A stretch of 64,000 nt of DNA, from assembly GCA_963716725.1 (NCBI GenBank), contig CAVQUB010000001.1, positions 96,001 to 160,000 on the forward strand, written 5' to 3'. Below the pieces are notes generated by a model that saw only the letters and a list, made by a program, of their open reading frames with translations, ran no database searches and had not been told where the DNA came from. Source of the DNA: an uncultured delta proteobacterium. GTDB lineage: Bacteria > Myxococcota_A > Polyangia > Polyangiales > Polyangiaceae. Both the position numbers and the translations under genes were made by a program. This document shows, one piece after another, positions 52,823-63,266 of the stretch; position 1 is the first letter of the stretch, and every line of letters begins with the position of its first letter.

Positions 52823-53584
52823 ATGACTCTTCTTCACGTCGAAGCTCGCGGTGTGGGTGCGCCCGTCGTGCTCTTGCACGGATCCCCGACTACTCCCGCG
52901 CACTTGCGCCCGCTCGCGGCGCGGCTGTCGGTGCGCTACCGGACCTTGCTGGTGCACCTGCCGGGCTACGGCGAAAGCGCCGCGCTCGAGCCGTACAATC
53001 TGGCCGCGAGCCACGGGCTCGTCGAGGACTCGCTCGCTGCAAGCGGCCTATCCGAGGCGCATTTTGTAGGCTTTTCGGGCGGTGCCTACCGGGCGTTCGC
53101 CATCGCCACGCGCGCCAGGCTGCGCGTGCTGTCCATCGTGGGTCTCGCCGCAATCGCTGAGGTCTCGCGCGTGGAGGGGGCGACGCTCGCGGGCTTCGCG
53201 CAGATGCTCCGCGCAGGCGGGGTCGATCCGGGTCCGATCCTCGAGCAGCGTATGCTCTCGCCGGAGGGTCGGATGAACCGGGCCTGGGTCGCGGACGTCA
53301 TATCTTGGGGTGCCGCGATCGCGCCGCCCCACCTCGCAAGCGAACTCGAAGCTTTCGCGTCGGCCCCCGACCTCCGCGTCGCGGTCGCGAAACTGGACGT
53401 TCCTGTTCTCCTTCGCGTCGGCGCGCTCGACGTGGCTTCGCCGCCTGCGCGCTCGACACTCATCGCGGCGGTCGCGAAGCGAGCTACCCTCGAGGAGGTC
53501 GCGGGCGCCGGGCACGCGCTCCTTTGCGAGGACTTCGACGCGACGGCGGCGTCGATCGAGCGCCACCTGCGCGCGGCCGAATAG
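52823..53584 (+). CDS. Alpha/beta hydrolase
   Basis: VVLLHG, LPGYGES, GFSGG nucleophile elbow, GALD, GH. Confidence 0.9.
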   Translation: MTLLHVEARGVGAPVVLLHGSPTTPAHLRPLAARLSVRYRTLLVHLPGYGESAALEPYNLAASHGLVEDSLAASGLSEAHFVGFSGGAYRAFAIATRARLRVLSIVGLAAIAEVSRVEGATLAGFAQMLRAGGVDPGPILEQRMLSPEGRMNRAWVADVISWGAAIAPPHLASELEAFASAPDLRVAVAKLDVPVLLRVGALDVASPPARSTLIAAVAKRATLEEVAGAGHALLCEDFDATAASIERHLRAAE

Positions 53585-53599
53585 CTACCGAGTGGGAGT

Positions 53600-53990
53600 T
53601 CAGCAATTCGACCAGAGGGCGGCGATGAGCTGAGCGCGGTTCTCGCAAACCGCCTTCTGGAGCAACGCGGTCACGTGAAGCTCAACCGTGCCTTCGACGC
53701 ATCCGAGCGATGCGGCAATCGTCTTGTTCGCATACCCGCGCGCGAGCAACGCGAGGACGTCGGTCTGGCGGGGAGTCAGTCGCCACTTTGTTGCCGCACG
53801 GAGGACGCGGGCTCGCGAGCTGACGGCCGCTTCCCGGAAGAAAACGAAGAAATGGTCCGGCATCCCGCGGGCGACGACCCTCCTGACGTCCACGCCGGGG
53901 GTTTGGCTGCGCAAGCAACTCGCCAATGTGCGTTGGAGGTCCTGGCGGTCCGCCTCGAGCAACGTGCGGCCCGTGCGGCGGAGCAGCAAT
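53600..53990 (-). pseudogene. LuxR-type HTH regulator, 5'-truncated
   Basis: LTPRQTDVLALLARGYANKTIA..L...EGTVELHV; upstream replaced by a Gly-rich scrap and repeat A. Confidence 0.75.
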
Positions 53991-54068
53991 CCCCGCCGTT
54001 GGATCCGCACTGGCCGCCGGTGCCACCGGTGCCGCCGGTGCCGCCACCCCCGCCGCCTCCGCTCCCCC

Positions 54069-54536
54069 TCTGGGTGGCGAAAACCCGGTGCGCGGCGTGA
54101 TCTGCGCTTTCCCGGCAAGAGATGAGACTCGGTTCCCGATGCCTGCGGTGGGGTGCGACAGTATTTGCGGCGCGTTCCTGCGAAAGCGCATCGGCGACCT
54201 CGGAGTCGAGGAAGTGGTCACGGCCTACCGCTCGCCGTGGCAAAATCCATACTGCGTGCGCTGGATCGGGACGGCTCGTCGCGACTGTCTCGACCACGTG
54301 ATCGTCTGGAACAAGGCCCAAGTGCGACGGACGCTTCATGAATTTCTCAGCTACTACCACTCGGATCGGACGCGCCAGGGCCTCGCCAACGACTGCCCGG
54401 AGTCGCGTCCCGTCGAGCCTCGCTCGCTGGGTCGAGTCGTCGAGCTTCCGAGGGTCGGTGGACTGCACCACCGAAACACGAGGCTCGCAGCGTGCTCACG
54501 ATTCTGCCGGCGAGGCTGGGTTTTCACCACCCACAG
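54069..54536 (+). mobile_element. Repeat family A internally deleted copy with both ends
   Basis: tctgggtggcgaaaaccc ... gggttttcaccacccacag; SPWQNPYCVRWIGTARRDCLDHVIV..YYH. Confidence 0.9.
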
Positions 54537-54599
54537 CCCGGCACGTGGTGGCGTCGCCGTTCCCGAGTAGACTCGCTGCCCGCCGGACCGGGCGAACGC

Positions 54600-57464
54600 A
54601 TGGACCCGCAGCGACTTCCCCCTCCGCGCCTGTCCCGCGTGCTGCGCCGCACGCGACTCGAGCGCGCCCTCGCGGAAGCGGCGCTCTCGGGCGGCGTCTA
54701 CCTCCAAGGCATCGCGGGCTCGGGGAAGACGACGCTGGTCGCGAGCTGGCTGCGCGCGGAGCGTCGACCCGCGCTGTGGTATCGGGTCAGCCCGACGGAC
54801 GAGGATCCGGCTCGCTGCTTCGAGAGCTTGGGGGCGGCGGTAGCTCCGGCGCTCGAACCTTACACCCCGGGTGCGCCGGCCCCTCGCTTCTTCGCGGAGC
54901 TCTTCTCGCGCCTGCGTCGCCGCACGGCGCTCGTGTTCGAGGACTTCCACCAGGTCGCGCCGGACGGTGCCGTCGCTCGCGCTGCCGCGATCGCGCTCGA
55001 CCAGGCGTCGCGCGATCACCCAGTCGTGCTGGTGAGCCGCGCGGCTCCCCCGCCCGGCGTTGCGCGCGCCCTCGCCCTGCGCGGAGCTCCTTCACTGCCG
55101 TCGCGCGAGCTTCTGCTGACGCACGACGAGCTGGACCGCCTCATGCAATTGCGCCCGGAGTGGCGCCGCTCTGGTCAGTCCGCGAGCGAGCTCATGAGCC
55201 GGACGCGGGGCTGGCTCGCCGCGGTGATCCTGGCGCTGTCGGCGCGGGACCGCGTCGGGCGGGAGACGGCGGGGTATCCGGAGTCGGAGCTGTTCGCGCT
55301 GCTGGCCGAGGACGTGCTCGACGAGCTCGACGCGGAAACACGTAGTGCGCTCGGAGGCGTGGCTTTCTTGCCGGACTTCACTCTCGACGAGGCGGCGCGA
55401 CAGGCCGGAGCCGGTGCTGCCTCGGCGGTCTCCGAGCTCTTCCGCCACGGAGCGCTGATCGAGCAGATCGGCGCCCACCGCATGCGCTTCCACCCGTTGC
55501 TGCAGGCCTTCCTTCGCGAGCGCGTGCCTCCCGCGCGAGCGCGAGAGCTTCGCCAGCGGGCCGCGCTCCACCTGCGGGAGGTCGGCCGTGTGGAGGATGC
55601 CGTCGCGCTCTTGATCGAGAGCGCGAGCGAGCCCGAGCGCGCGAGCGTGGTGCTCGATTGCGCCGACGCGCTCTGGGGCGGCGGGCGCTGGGTCACGCTG
55701 GGGAAGCTGCTCAGCGGGCTCGCGGTCCGCGCTGGCGAGGACCCTTGGCTCGACTTCTGGCGCGCGCGCTTGGCGCTCACCAGCGACTTTGCGAGCGCGG
55801 CGCGGGGTTTCGAACGAGCGAGTCGGGCTTTCGTCGAGCGGCACGATGCTCGTGGGGTGGCGCGTTGCATCATCGGTCGCATTCAGGCCGTCCTGTACGA
55901 AGGCGCGAGCTTCGCCGCGCTCGCGCCCGTCCTCGATGAGCTGGACGAGCTCGACGAGGCGTACGCATCGTTACCGCCCGAGATCCAGGCCGAGCTCGCC
56001 GCTTTCGTGCTGATCGCCATCTGGAATTCTGGGGCCCTGCGGGCACATCTCCCTCGCTGGGCGGCGCGCGCGCACGCGGTGCTCGCTTCGGAAGCGTCAC
56101 CGACGGCTCGCGTGCTCGTCGGCTGCGCGCTGGTCACACACCTCACGTTCGAAGGAGCGGTGGCCGAAGCCGAGGCGGTCCGTCGCTTGACCGCGATCCT
56201 CGCGGACGAGGAGCCGGGGTTGGCCGCCAGCGTCGCCTTTGATCTGGCATCTGCGCGCCTCGACCTGCTCTCGGGTGAGGCGCGCGCGGCGGCCAACTCG
56301 GTCGAACGTGGGCTCTCGCGTCTCCAGCGCTCGGGTCTCAACTTCTGGCGCGACAGCTTGGTATCGACCGGGCTGACCATCGCCCTCACGCTGGGGGATC
56401 TGGCGCGGGCGGAGCAGCACCTAGTGGCCATCAATCAGCTCGCAGCGCGCGGCCGAACCATCGACGTGGGCAATGCGCTCTACGGTGCCACGCTGATCGC
56501 CGTCCACCGCGGCGATTGGCCCGCCGCTGACGCGCTCGCGTTCCGAACCTCCGAGCACGCGGACGCGCTGGGGTTCCCGGCCGCGCAGACGCTCTCGCGG
56601 GCACTGCTCGCGACCTGCCGCCGGCACACCGGCAGAGCCGACGAAGCGCGCGATCTCATGCGGCGGGCGCGCAGCGTCGAGGGCGTACCCCGCGCCTGGC
56701 CCGGCCTTCTGTCCCTGATGGAGGCCGCGTGGGACGACCCACCGCGCCTGGAGCTTCTGCAGAGCGGGTTCGGCACGCTCCGGGAAGCGGGCACTTCAGG
56801 CTTCGTCGCGCTGCTCCGCCCTGTCGATCTGGCGTTGCTGTGCGCGGCGGCGCTCCGCCAGGGCGTCGAGGCAGAACATGTCCGCGCGGTGATCCGCAAG
56901 TACGACCTCGTGCCCCCGGATCCGAGCGTCGAGGGTTGGCCCTGGCGGCTCGAGATCCGAGTGCTCGGAGGTCTCCGCATCGACCCGACGCCGGCCTGGG
57001 GTCGCAAGCGACCCCGTGTGCCGCTTGCGCTTCTCGAGCTCCTGGCGCAGCTCGGCCGGCCGCGGGATCGCCGGGTCTCCCCAGAGAAGCTGATCGATGC
57101 GCTCTGGCCGGACGCGGAAGGCGACGCGGGGCAGCACAGTCTCGAGGTTGCAATCCACCGACTGCGCAAGCTCCTCGGCGACTCGAGCACGGTCCTCGTC
57201 GACCGCGAGGGTGTAGGCCTCGACCCGGCGCGCACCTGGGTGGACGTCTGGCAGCTCGAGCGGCTGGTGGGGGAGGCACCCTGCCCGGAGCGCCAGCGCC
57301 GGATTGCGGCGCTGTACGTCGGTCCGCCCCCGATCCCGCTGGCGCCCGCGCTCGAGCGGGCCATGGCGCGCGCCCTGGCCGGAGCGAGCCCGGAGGTCTG
57401 GGCGGCGATCGCGACCGGAGACCGCGGACTTCGCGGTCGGCTCGAATCGGTGAGCCATCGGTGA
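54600..57464 (+). CDS. MalT-like STAND-type regulator with C-terminal SARP/OmpR-type winged helix
   Basis: GIAGSGKT, EDFH, TRGW, RFHPLL, TPR-like middle, LIDALWPD..IHRLRKLLG. Confidence 0.85.
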   Translation: MDPQRLPPPRLSRVLRRTRLERALAEAALSGGVYLQGIAGSGKTTLVASWLRAERRPALWYRVSPTDEDPARCFESLGAAVAPALEPYTPGAPAPRFFAELFSRLRRRTALVFEDFHQVAPDGAVARAAAIALDQASRDHPVVLVSRAAPPPGVARALALRGAPSLPSRELLLTHDELDRLMQLRPEWRRSGQSASELMSRTRGWLAAVILALSARDRVGRETAGYPESELFALLAEDVLDELDAETRSALGGVAFLPDFTLDEAARQAGAGAASAVSELFRHGALIEQIGAHRMRFHPLLQAFLRERVPPARARELRQRAALHLREVGRVEDAVALLIESASEPERASVVLDCADALWGGGRWVTLGKLLSGLAVRAGEDPWLDFWRARLALTSDFASAARGFERASRAFVERHDARGVARCIIGRIQAVLYEGASFAALAPVLDELDELDEAYASLPPEIQAELAAFVLIAIWNSGALRAHLPRWAARAHAVLASEASPTARVLVGCALVTHLTFEGAVAEAEAVRRLTAILADEEPGLAASVAFDLASARLDLLSGEARAAANSVERGLSRLQRSGLNFWRDSLVSTGLTIALTLGDLARAEQHLVAINQLAARGRTIDVGNALYGATLIAVHRGDWPAADALAFRTSEHADALGFPAAQTLSRALLATCRRHTGRADEARDLMRRARSVEGVPRAWPGLLSLMEAAWDDPPRLELLQSGFGTLREAGTSGFVALLRPVDLALLCAAALRQGVEAEHVRAVIRKYDLVPPDPSVEGWPWRLEIRVLGGLRIDPTPAWGRKRPRVPLALLELLAQLGRPRDRRVSPEKLIDALWPDAEGDAGQHSLEVAIHRLRKLLGDSSTVLVDREGVGLDPARTWVDVWQLERLVGEAPCPERQRRIAALYVGPPPIPLAPALERAMARALAGASPEVWAAIATGDRGLRGRLESVSHR

Positions 57465-57491
57465 GCGCTCGCGTGGGAGGGTGCAGGCACC

Positions 57492-58829
57492 ATGAAGACC
57501 GACACTACCGGGGTGCGACTCGCGGCGGCTTTGCTCTCTGTTCTTTCGACGGTCGCGGCGTGCGGCGGCGACGACGACGGTGGCGGTGGCGGTAGCGGCG
57601 GGAGTGGAGGAGCAAAGGGCGGCTCGGGCGGCGCGACAGGTGGCAGCGGCGGAGCGTCCGGCGGCAGCGGCGGCTCGGGAGGTTCGACGGGCGGAACGGC
57701 CGGCAGCGGTGGCAGCGGCGGCGCGAGCGGTGGCAGCGGCGGCGCGAGCGGTGGCAGCGGCGGCGCGAGCGGTGGCAGCGGCGGCGCGAGCGGTGGCAGC
57801 GGCGGCGCGAGCGGTGGCAGCGGCGGCGCGAGCGGTGGCAGCGGCGGCGCGTCGGGCGGCAGCGGCGGCGCGTCGGGCGGCAGCGGTGGCGCGTCGGGCG
57901 GCAGCGGTGGCACCGGCGGCGGGGGCGTTCAGCTCACCAGCGTCGCAACCGTGACGGGCTCTCACATGGCGCAGGACCAAACCAACCTCTACGTCGCAAC
58001 GGACGGCGGCGTGAAGAAGATCGTGAAGAGCAGCGGCGCGGTCTCGGATCTGTTCACCCTGACCGGGAGCGGGCCCGATTGCAGCATGGTCGCCGTGAAC
58101 GGCAGCACGGTCGTGGCGATTTGTGCCGTGGTCTCGCCACCCCCCGCGCTACCGATACCAAAAATGGTGGTGTTACGCGCGCCGACCTCCGGCGGCACAC
58201 CCACCGAGGCCTACGTCGCCGCCATGGGCAGCATGAGCGTCGGCGGGCTCACCACGGACGGGTTCAACGGCAGTGCGCCGGGTCCTAACGCCTACTTCCA
58301 TGACGGAAACCAGCTGATGAAGATCCCAGCGGCGGCCGGCGCTGCGACAACCCTCGGAACTGCCACCAGCACCGACCTCAGCCAGGGCTCCAAGTATGCC
58401 GCGCTGGACTCCGGGGCGTACTACGTCGTGGGTAACTCCCAGATCTTGAGCGTTCCGTTGTCGGGGGGAACGGTCACGAAGGTCACCGGCCTCAGCAATA
58501 ACTGGGCAGGCCTCCATGCCGATGGCACGAACGTCTATTTCGTGGAGCAGGGCTCCTGGTTGTGGAAGGTCCCGAAGGGAGGCGGGACCAAGGTCAACCT
58601 CACGCCGAGCGGTTCGCTGTTCACGATGTGCAACTTCGGCGTGCATCCGGATGGAACGTTCGCGTACGGGGTTGCCGACAGTACCGTCGTCAAGCACCCG
58701 TTGGGCGGCGGGGCTCCCACCACGGTGGCGACGGGCTACGCGAGCTCGAACGCCAACTCCGTCTTGTTGGTCGACACGAGCTCGGTGTGGGTGCTCACGT
58801 CACTCGGCCTCTTCAAGGCGCCGAAGTAG
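57492..58829 (+). CDS. Gly-linker lipoprotein with beta-propeller-like repeats
   Basis: Lipobox VAAC; QDQTNLYV, ADGTNVYF, VDTSSVWV blades; resembles 12661-13938. Confidence 0.85.
   Translation: MKTDTTGVRLAAALLSVLSTVAACGGDDDGGGGGSGGSGGAKGGSGGATGGSGGASGGSGGSGGSTGGTAGSGGSGGASGGSGGASGGSGGASGGSGGASGGSGGASGGSGGASGGSGGASGGSGGASGGSGGASGGSGGTGGGGVQLTSVATVTGSHMAQDQTNLYVATDGGVKKIVKSSGAVSDLFTLTGSGPDCSMVAVNGSTVVAICAVVSPPPALPIPKMVVLRAPTSGGTPTEAYVAAMGSMSVGGLTTDGFNGSAPGPNAYFHDGNQLMKIPAAAGAATTLGTATSTDLSQGSKYAALDSGAYYVVGNSQILSVPLSGGTVTKVTGLSNNWAGLHADGTNVYFVEQGSWLWKVPKGGGTKVNLTPSGSLFTMCNFGVHPDGTFAYGVADSTVVKHPLGGGAPTTVATGYASSNANSVLLVDTSSVWVLTSLGLFKAPK
57702..57911 (+). repeat. 21-bp coding tandem repeat (GGSGGAS), about 9 copies
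   Basis: ggtggcagcggcggcgcgagc array. Confidence 0.9.
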
Positions 58830-58883
58830 GGCGGCGGGTGAGCGCAGGGGATCCGGCTGCGCCGCCGGCGGGGGTGCCTGGTG

Positions 58884-59135
58884 CTGTGGGTGGCGAAAAC
58901 CCAGTGCGTCGCGTGATCCTTGCGCTTTCCCGGCAAGAGATGAGACTCGGTTCCCCACTGCGTGCGGTCCTCGTTGCGCTGCTTCACTCCGCCCTGTCCT
59001 TCCTGCGTTCTCACCAGTCCGTCGCGCTCGAGATCGTCGCGCTGCGCCACCAGCTCGCCGTGCTCCGCCGACAGGCGAAGCGGCCTCGGATCACCCGCTC
59101 GGACCGGATGCTCTGGGTCGCACTTCGCCGACTGA
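58884..59135 (+). mobile_element. Repeat family A left end and N-terminus
   Basis: ctgtgggtggcgaaaacccagtg...; ALRHQLAVLRRQAKRPRITRSDR. Confidence 0.9.
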
Positions 59136-59282
59136 CCCCCCGGCAGCTCCGAGGCACCCGTGCTCAGCGTCGGCTGACACGCCGTGCCGGCGTCAGCGAT
59201 TGCGGGGCCGCTTGGCGACCTCTCCTCGGCCGTCGGTTGCGCCGACAAGAAGTTGGCCCAGCTGCGGCGAGGACATGCCATC

Positions 59283-59621
59283 ATGAGCACAGTGGAGGAG
59301 ATAGACTTCGACGCGCTTCGACTGGAGCAGCAGCGGCGCGGTGAGTTCGAGACGCGCCGCGATTTCTGGCTCACGGCGGCGGTAATGACCGCGTTGCTGG
59401 TCCCCATCGGGTCGCTGTTCGGGATTGCAGCGCTGGTGGTGGCCAAAGGATCGCGCGCTGCCATCGACAAGACGGACTGGACGACGGTCGGGACGAAGCT
59501 GGGTCTTTGCCGGGTGCTGGTTGTGGTCGGGACAATCCTCGGCGTGGCTCTCCTCCTCTATCAGGGAGCTTCGGGATTTGCGCTCGTCTTTTCGAGGCCG
59601 GAGTTCGGGAGCATGCGATGA
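59283..59621 (+). CDS. Small membrane protein
   Basis: Two hydrophobic segments; ATGA overlap with the next gene. Confidence 0.6.
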   Translation: MSTVEEIDFDALRLEQQRRGEFETRRDFWLTAAVMTALLVPIGSLFGIAALVVAKGSRAAIDKTDWTTVGTKLGLCRVLVVVGTILGVALLLYQGASGFALVFSRPEFGSMR

Positions 59622-60094
59622 TCAGGCCGCGGATCGCTTCCGTCGTCAGCGTGGTGTGGCTCTATCTCGGTTCGGCGTGGGTGCTGATCGGCGCTCTCGG
59701 GCTCTACGGCTACTACTCGATGCAGGGAGCCCTCGATGCGCTCGGAGCCCACAAGGCAGAAGTCCCCACGATCTACCTTTGGTTTCCCCTGCTCACCTTG
59801 GTGCTCGGTGCTGCTGGGATCGTCGGCGCACGAGGTCTGCTCAAATGCAAAGAATCGGGCCGGAAGCTTCTCCGCGGCGTGAGCTTCGGAACGGTAGCGC
59901 TTCTCTTCGCGTTCACCTGGAGCGTTGCTCTGGCCGTCACCAACGCCGGCGACCGCCACTACAGCTCGGACGTCAGCTGGGAGCAGATGAAACTGGCCAT
60001 CGCGGGAATCGTGGTCGGAGGGCTGACGGCAATTCCGTTCATCATCATGGGTCGAAAGCTCGGAAGCGCCCATCTCAGGGTTCAGATGAAGTAA
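59618..60094 (+). CDS. Four-helix membrane protein
   Basis: Four hydrophobic segments. Confidence 0.7.
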   Translation: MIRPRIASVVSVVWLYLGSAWVLIGALGLYGYYSMQGALDALGAHKAEVPTIYLWFPLLTLVLGAAGIVGARGLLKCKESGRKLLRGVSFGTVALLFAFTWSVALAVTNAGDRHYSSDVSWEQMKLAIAGIVVGGLTAIPFIIMGRKLGSAHLRVQMK

Positions 60095-60132
60095 CCGAGA
60101 GCGGGCAGCAGCGACGCCGTTTCAGCTTCTCC

Positions 60133-60325
60133 TCAGCGAAACCGCGCCACCATGCCGGCGCTCGTCGACCAGCTCACGGCCGACACTTGGTGCACGACGA
60201 CCTCGGGCTTTTCGAGCACGAACTCGTGGCGGGTGAGCGGGAAGCCCAAGGCAGCTTCGACGCCGAAGGCGAGGCCCGGGTCCGGAGAGAGCTCGAGGCG
60301 GCCGAGCGAGTGGGCCGCGAACTAC
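60133..60325 (-). pseudogene. C-terminal fragment of a probable outer-membrane beta-strand protein
   Basis: GLAFGVEAALGFPLTRHEFVLEKPEVVVHQVSAVSWSTSAGMVARFR*; no 5' part. Confidence 0.45.
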
Positions 60326-60329
60326 GGCT

Positions 60330-60570
60330 CCCAGCTACGGCGCTGAACATTCTGTAGCCATCACGATGCAATCGCGCGAGGCGAAAACATTCGCTTTTTT
60401 CCGACTCTACGCGCGCCGATGCTGACGCGCCTGTGCGTGCTCTGCTCACGACATGAACAGCCGCTCCGGCCGCGCCTACGACCACCGGATCAAGGAGCAA
60501 CTCGTACGGACCAGAAACCCGGACCTGTTCCCGGAGCTCGGCATCCCGCGATGGACAGCGGAGCGCGGCG
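60330..60570 (+). mobile_element. Repeat family D: element end plus probable transposase N-terminus (ATG 60453)
   Basis: 60330-60429 matches 63901-64000 with 3 mismatches; RAYDHRIKEQLVRTRNPDLFPELGIPR. Confidence 0.7.
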
Positions 60571-60573
60571 GGG

Positions 60574-60752
60574 CTCAGCCCTTCGCCCCCATCAACCTCG
60601 CCGCCTCGATCGCTCCATACGTATTGTCCTGCCTCCCCTCGCGTCGCTTCGCTCCGCGGTCCCCTCCAAGCCCGGTGCGCGCGAGCGGAGGCGCCTTGCC
60701 AAGACCACCGGCGCCGTTCCGATGCTCCCGCGCACGCGGGCGGAGGGGACGC
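60574..60752 (+). repeat. Repeat family C copy
   Basis: Shares core with 22475/41709 and hairpin with 43683. Confidence 0.85.
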
Positions 60753-60950
60753 TTCGCTGCCCCTCATGGCGCAGTCGGCGCGCCGAGCCCGTCCGCCCGC
60801 TGCGACGCTGCTCGTCGCACGAGCCGAGGCCCACTTCCGCGCACCCCCGCGCACGAAACCGCGAGGCAGCTCGCCGACCCGGTTGATGCGCGCGCGGCAG
60901 TCGGCGAAACTCCATGGCAAGACGAAACGGGGCAGCACGGAGGGCGGGAC

Positions 60951-63254
60951 ATGACAGCACGCAGCACGCAGCACGCAGCACGCATCCCAGCAGGCTTGGG
61001 CACGTCGCCGTAGCGCTTGCGCTGCCCATGGTGATCACTTGCAACGACACGCGTGGTAGCGGGAACCACGAGGCACAGCGCAACACCGTTGAGTTCGCCT
61101 CAGCCGGAAGCCTGCTGCCGAGCGAACCCCGATGGGACGACGCGATGGGCGGAGAGGAGCACGTGGTGGACTCCGCCGGTGCTGTCGTCGCGTCCCGGCA
61201 GTTTCCACTTTCCGCAGAGGACGCAGCTGCCGCTGACTCGTTGATGAACGCCGACACAGCGGCCCCGGCGCTCTCAGTCTCGGGGACGCGGTTGGTTCCA
61301 ATCCAGGGTCTTTCCTTCGACGCGGGCGTCCTTCAGGCGTACAGGTATTTGCTGCGCGTGCCGGTGAGTTTTGCAGCGTCTGGCGCAAAGGGGGAGGGCG
61401 CTTCGGGGCCCGCTCCGGAGCAGATCGACGTCGTGAGTCCGGAGCTCGGGGCAGAACTCGCCAAGTCCGACTCGAGCAAACTGATCCGGGTTTCGGTGGC
61501 TCTGCACGAGAAGCCAAAGACGTCACTCGCGAGACGTTTCGTGGCGGTCGAAGCCGCAAGTTTCTTGGCGCCTGCTGCGAGCGACCGGGCCCAACGCATC
61601 GCCGCTCGCGCCTCCGAGGTTGAGTTGCTTCACTCGCCCCTCCGGTCGAGGCTGAACCAAGCAGGAGTTGCCCCGTCGCGTCTCGTGTCCTTCTGGCTTA
61701 CCGGCGGGCTGGCGGGACGGCTGACCGCGAGTGAGGTGGAGGCACTCGCTAGCGATCCGGACGTGCGTTCGATCAGCCTCGACGAGCCTACGTCGGGATC
61801 CCTCGCGAACACATGGGATGGGACGAACGCGTATGTGGGCGGCACCGACGGACTCAATGCGATGCGGTACTGGAATGCCGGCCACTACGGCAATGGCTGG
61901 AACCAAGTGGATGCACGGTACCTTCGACTCGGCCTTGTCGGCGACGGTTTCTACTTCAACCATTCCGCCTTTCGGGACACGCCCGGCGGCCCCTCCCGCT
62001 TCGTGAAGAACTGGGACTGCCGAGACGCGACGTGCATCCAAATCTTCACACCGCTGGGCACCGGCACACACGAAACGCTCGTTTCTTCCGCCGCGGGAGC
62101 AGATGCACTCGAAGGGCAAGTTCCCGGCGTCACCGTCTTGTGGGACCAACTCGACAGGACCGGAGTTGCAAGGGAGGCGCGCATGTTCAGCGCGGAGGGG
62201 ACTTCGCACACGGAGATGATCGCCGCACTACAAAAGATGACCGCTGAAGGTGTTGACGTCGTGAACTTTTCGCGGGGCGACTACGGCGGGGGAGAGAATG
62301 TCTGCGACTACGACTCCATCGTCGAAGACTGGAGTGTGGCAGTGACGCAAGCGCACGACGCTGGGGTTCTGGTTGTCTCGAACGCGGGCAACGTCGGCAA
62401 CCCGCAAGGCACGTGCAGCATCACTCGCTGGGCACAGGCCACGTCGGCTTTCGTCGTCTCCGGCACCGTCGATCCACCGGACAATGGCTACGCCACGAGC
62501 GCCCGCAACGCGGCGTATTCGATAGGCCCGATGAGCGCAAGGGTGTACACGCCGGCGGGAACCTACCAACAGTTCGCCGGAGTCCTCACCGCCATCGATG
62601 CACTCGTGCCGAGTTCTTGGCGATTCGCCGCGACGACTCCAGACAACTTCGTGCTGGGGGGTGGGACGAGCGTTGCCGCACCCCAGGTTGCCGGCGGCGC
62701 GATGCTCGTCAAGAACTCCTTTCTGACGAACGGGTTGACCTACATCGACAGCCCAGGCGTGCTGTTCACGACGATGCTCTCGATGACGGACCGCGCCTTT
62801 GGTACGGGCGCCACGTACGCGGCTTCCAGGTTCGATCCTGCGTGGGGCGGCGGTCGCATGCAACTCCGCTACTTCATGGGCAGCAGCGACCACCCTGCCG
62901 GCGGCGCATGGGGCTTCGACCTGTGGGAGGTGATGGTCTACAACGGCAACGTGATCGACATTCCCGTGCGCGGAACCGGCTGCCATCCAGCAGTTCAAGG
63001 TCTACGCGATGGTGTTCGAGCAGAGCTGGCAGACGGTGGCCGACGTCGACTTGTATGTACGCGACAAGAATTGCGGAGCCGGAAGTGTGGAACTGGGCAA
63101 GGACGAGAGCCGCGACACCAAGAGCATGGTCCGGGTCGGGAGCGTGGCGGCTGGCAAGCAGCTTTGCGTCAGACTCCGTGGCCACGCCGTGCCTCCCGGC
63201 GGGCGTCGGGTCGTGCTCGCGAGCTACTTCAGCGTCGACACACAAACGCGGTGA
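60951..63254 (+). CDS. S8 subtilisin-like peptidase, out of frame at the 5' repeat and frameshifted again near 62980
   Basis: HETLVSSAAG, VDVVNFS, SNAGN, GGTSVAAPQVAG; tail AIQQFKVYAMVFEQ..DVDLYV continues in another frame to 63254. Confidence 0.8.
60955..60984 (+). repeat. (CAGCACG)4 simple sequence repeat just after ATG 60951
   Basis: atga-cagcacg x4-catccc. Confidence 0.9.
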
Positions 63255-63266
63255 GGAGGTTCGACC

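Noticed and set aside
38955..60100. Integron cassette array
   Set aside because: No integron integrase, mixed gene orientations, and the intervening repeats are IS ends rather than attC sites
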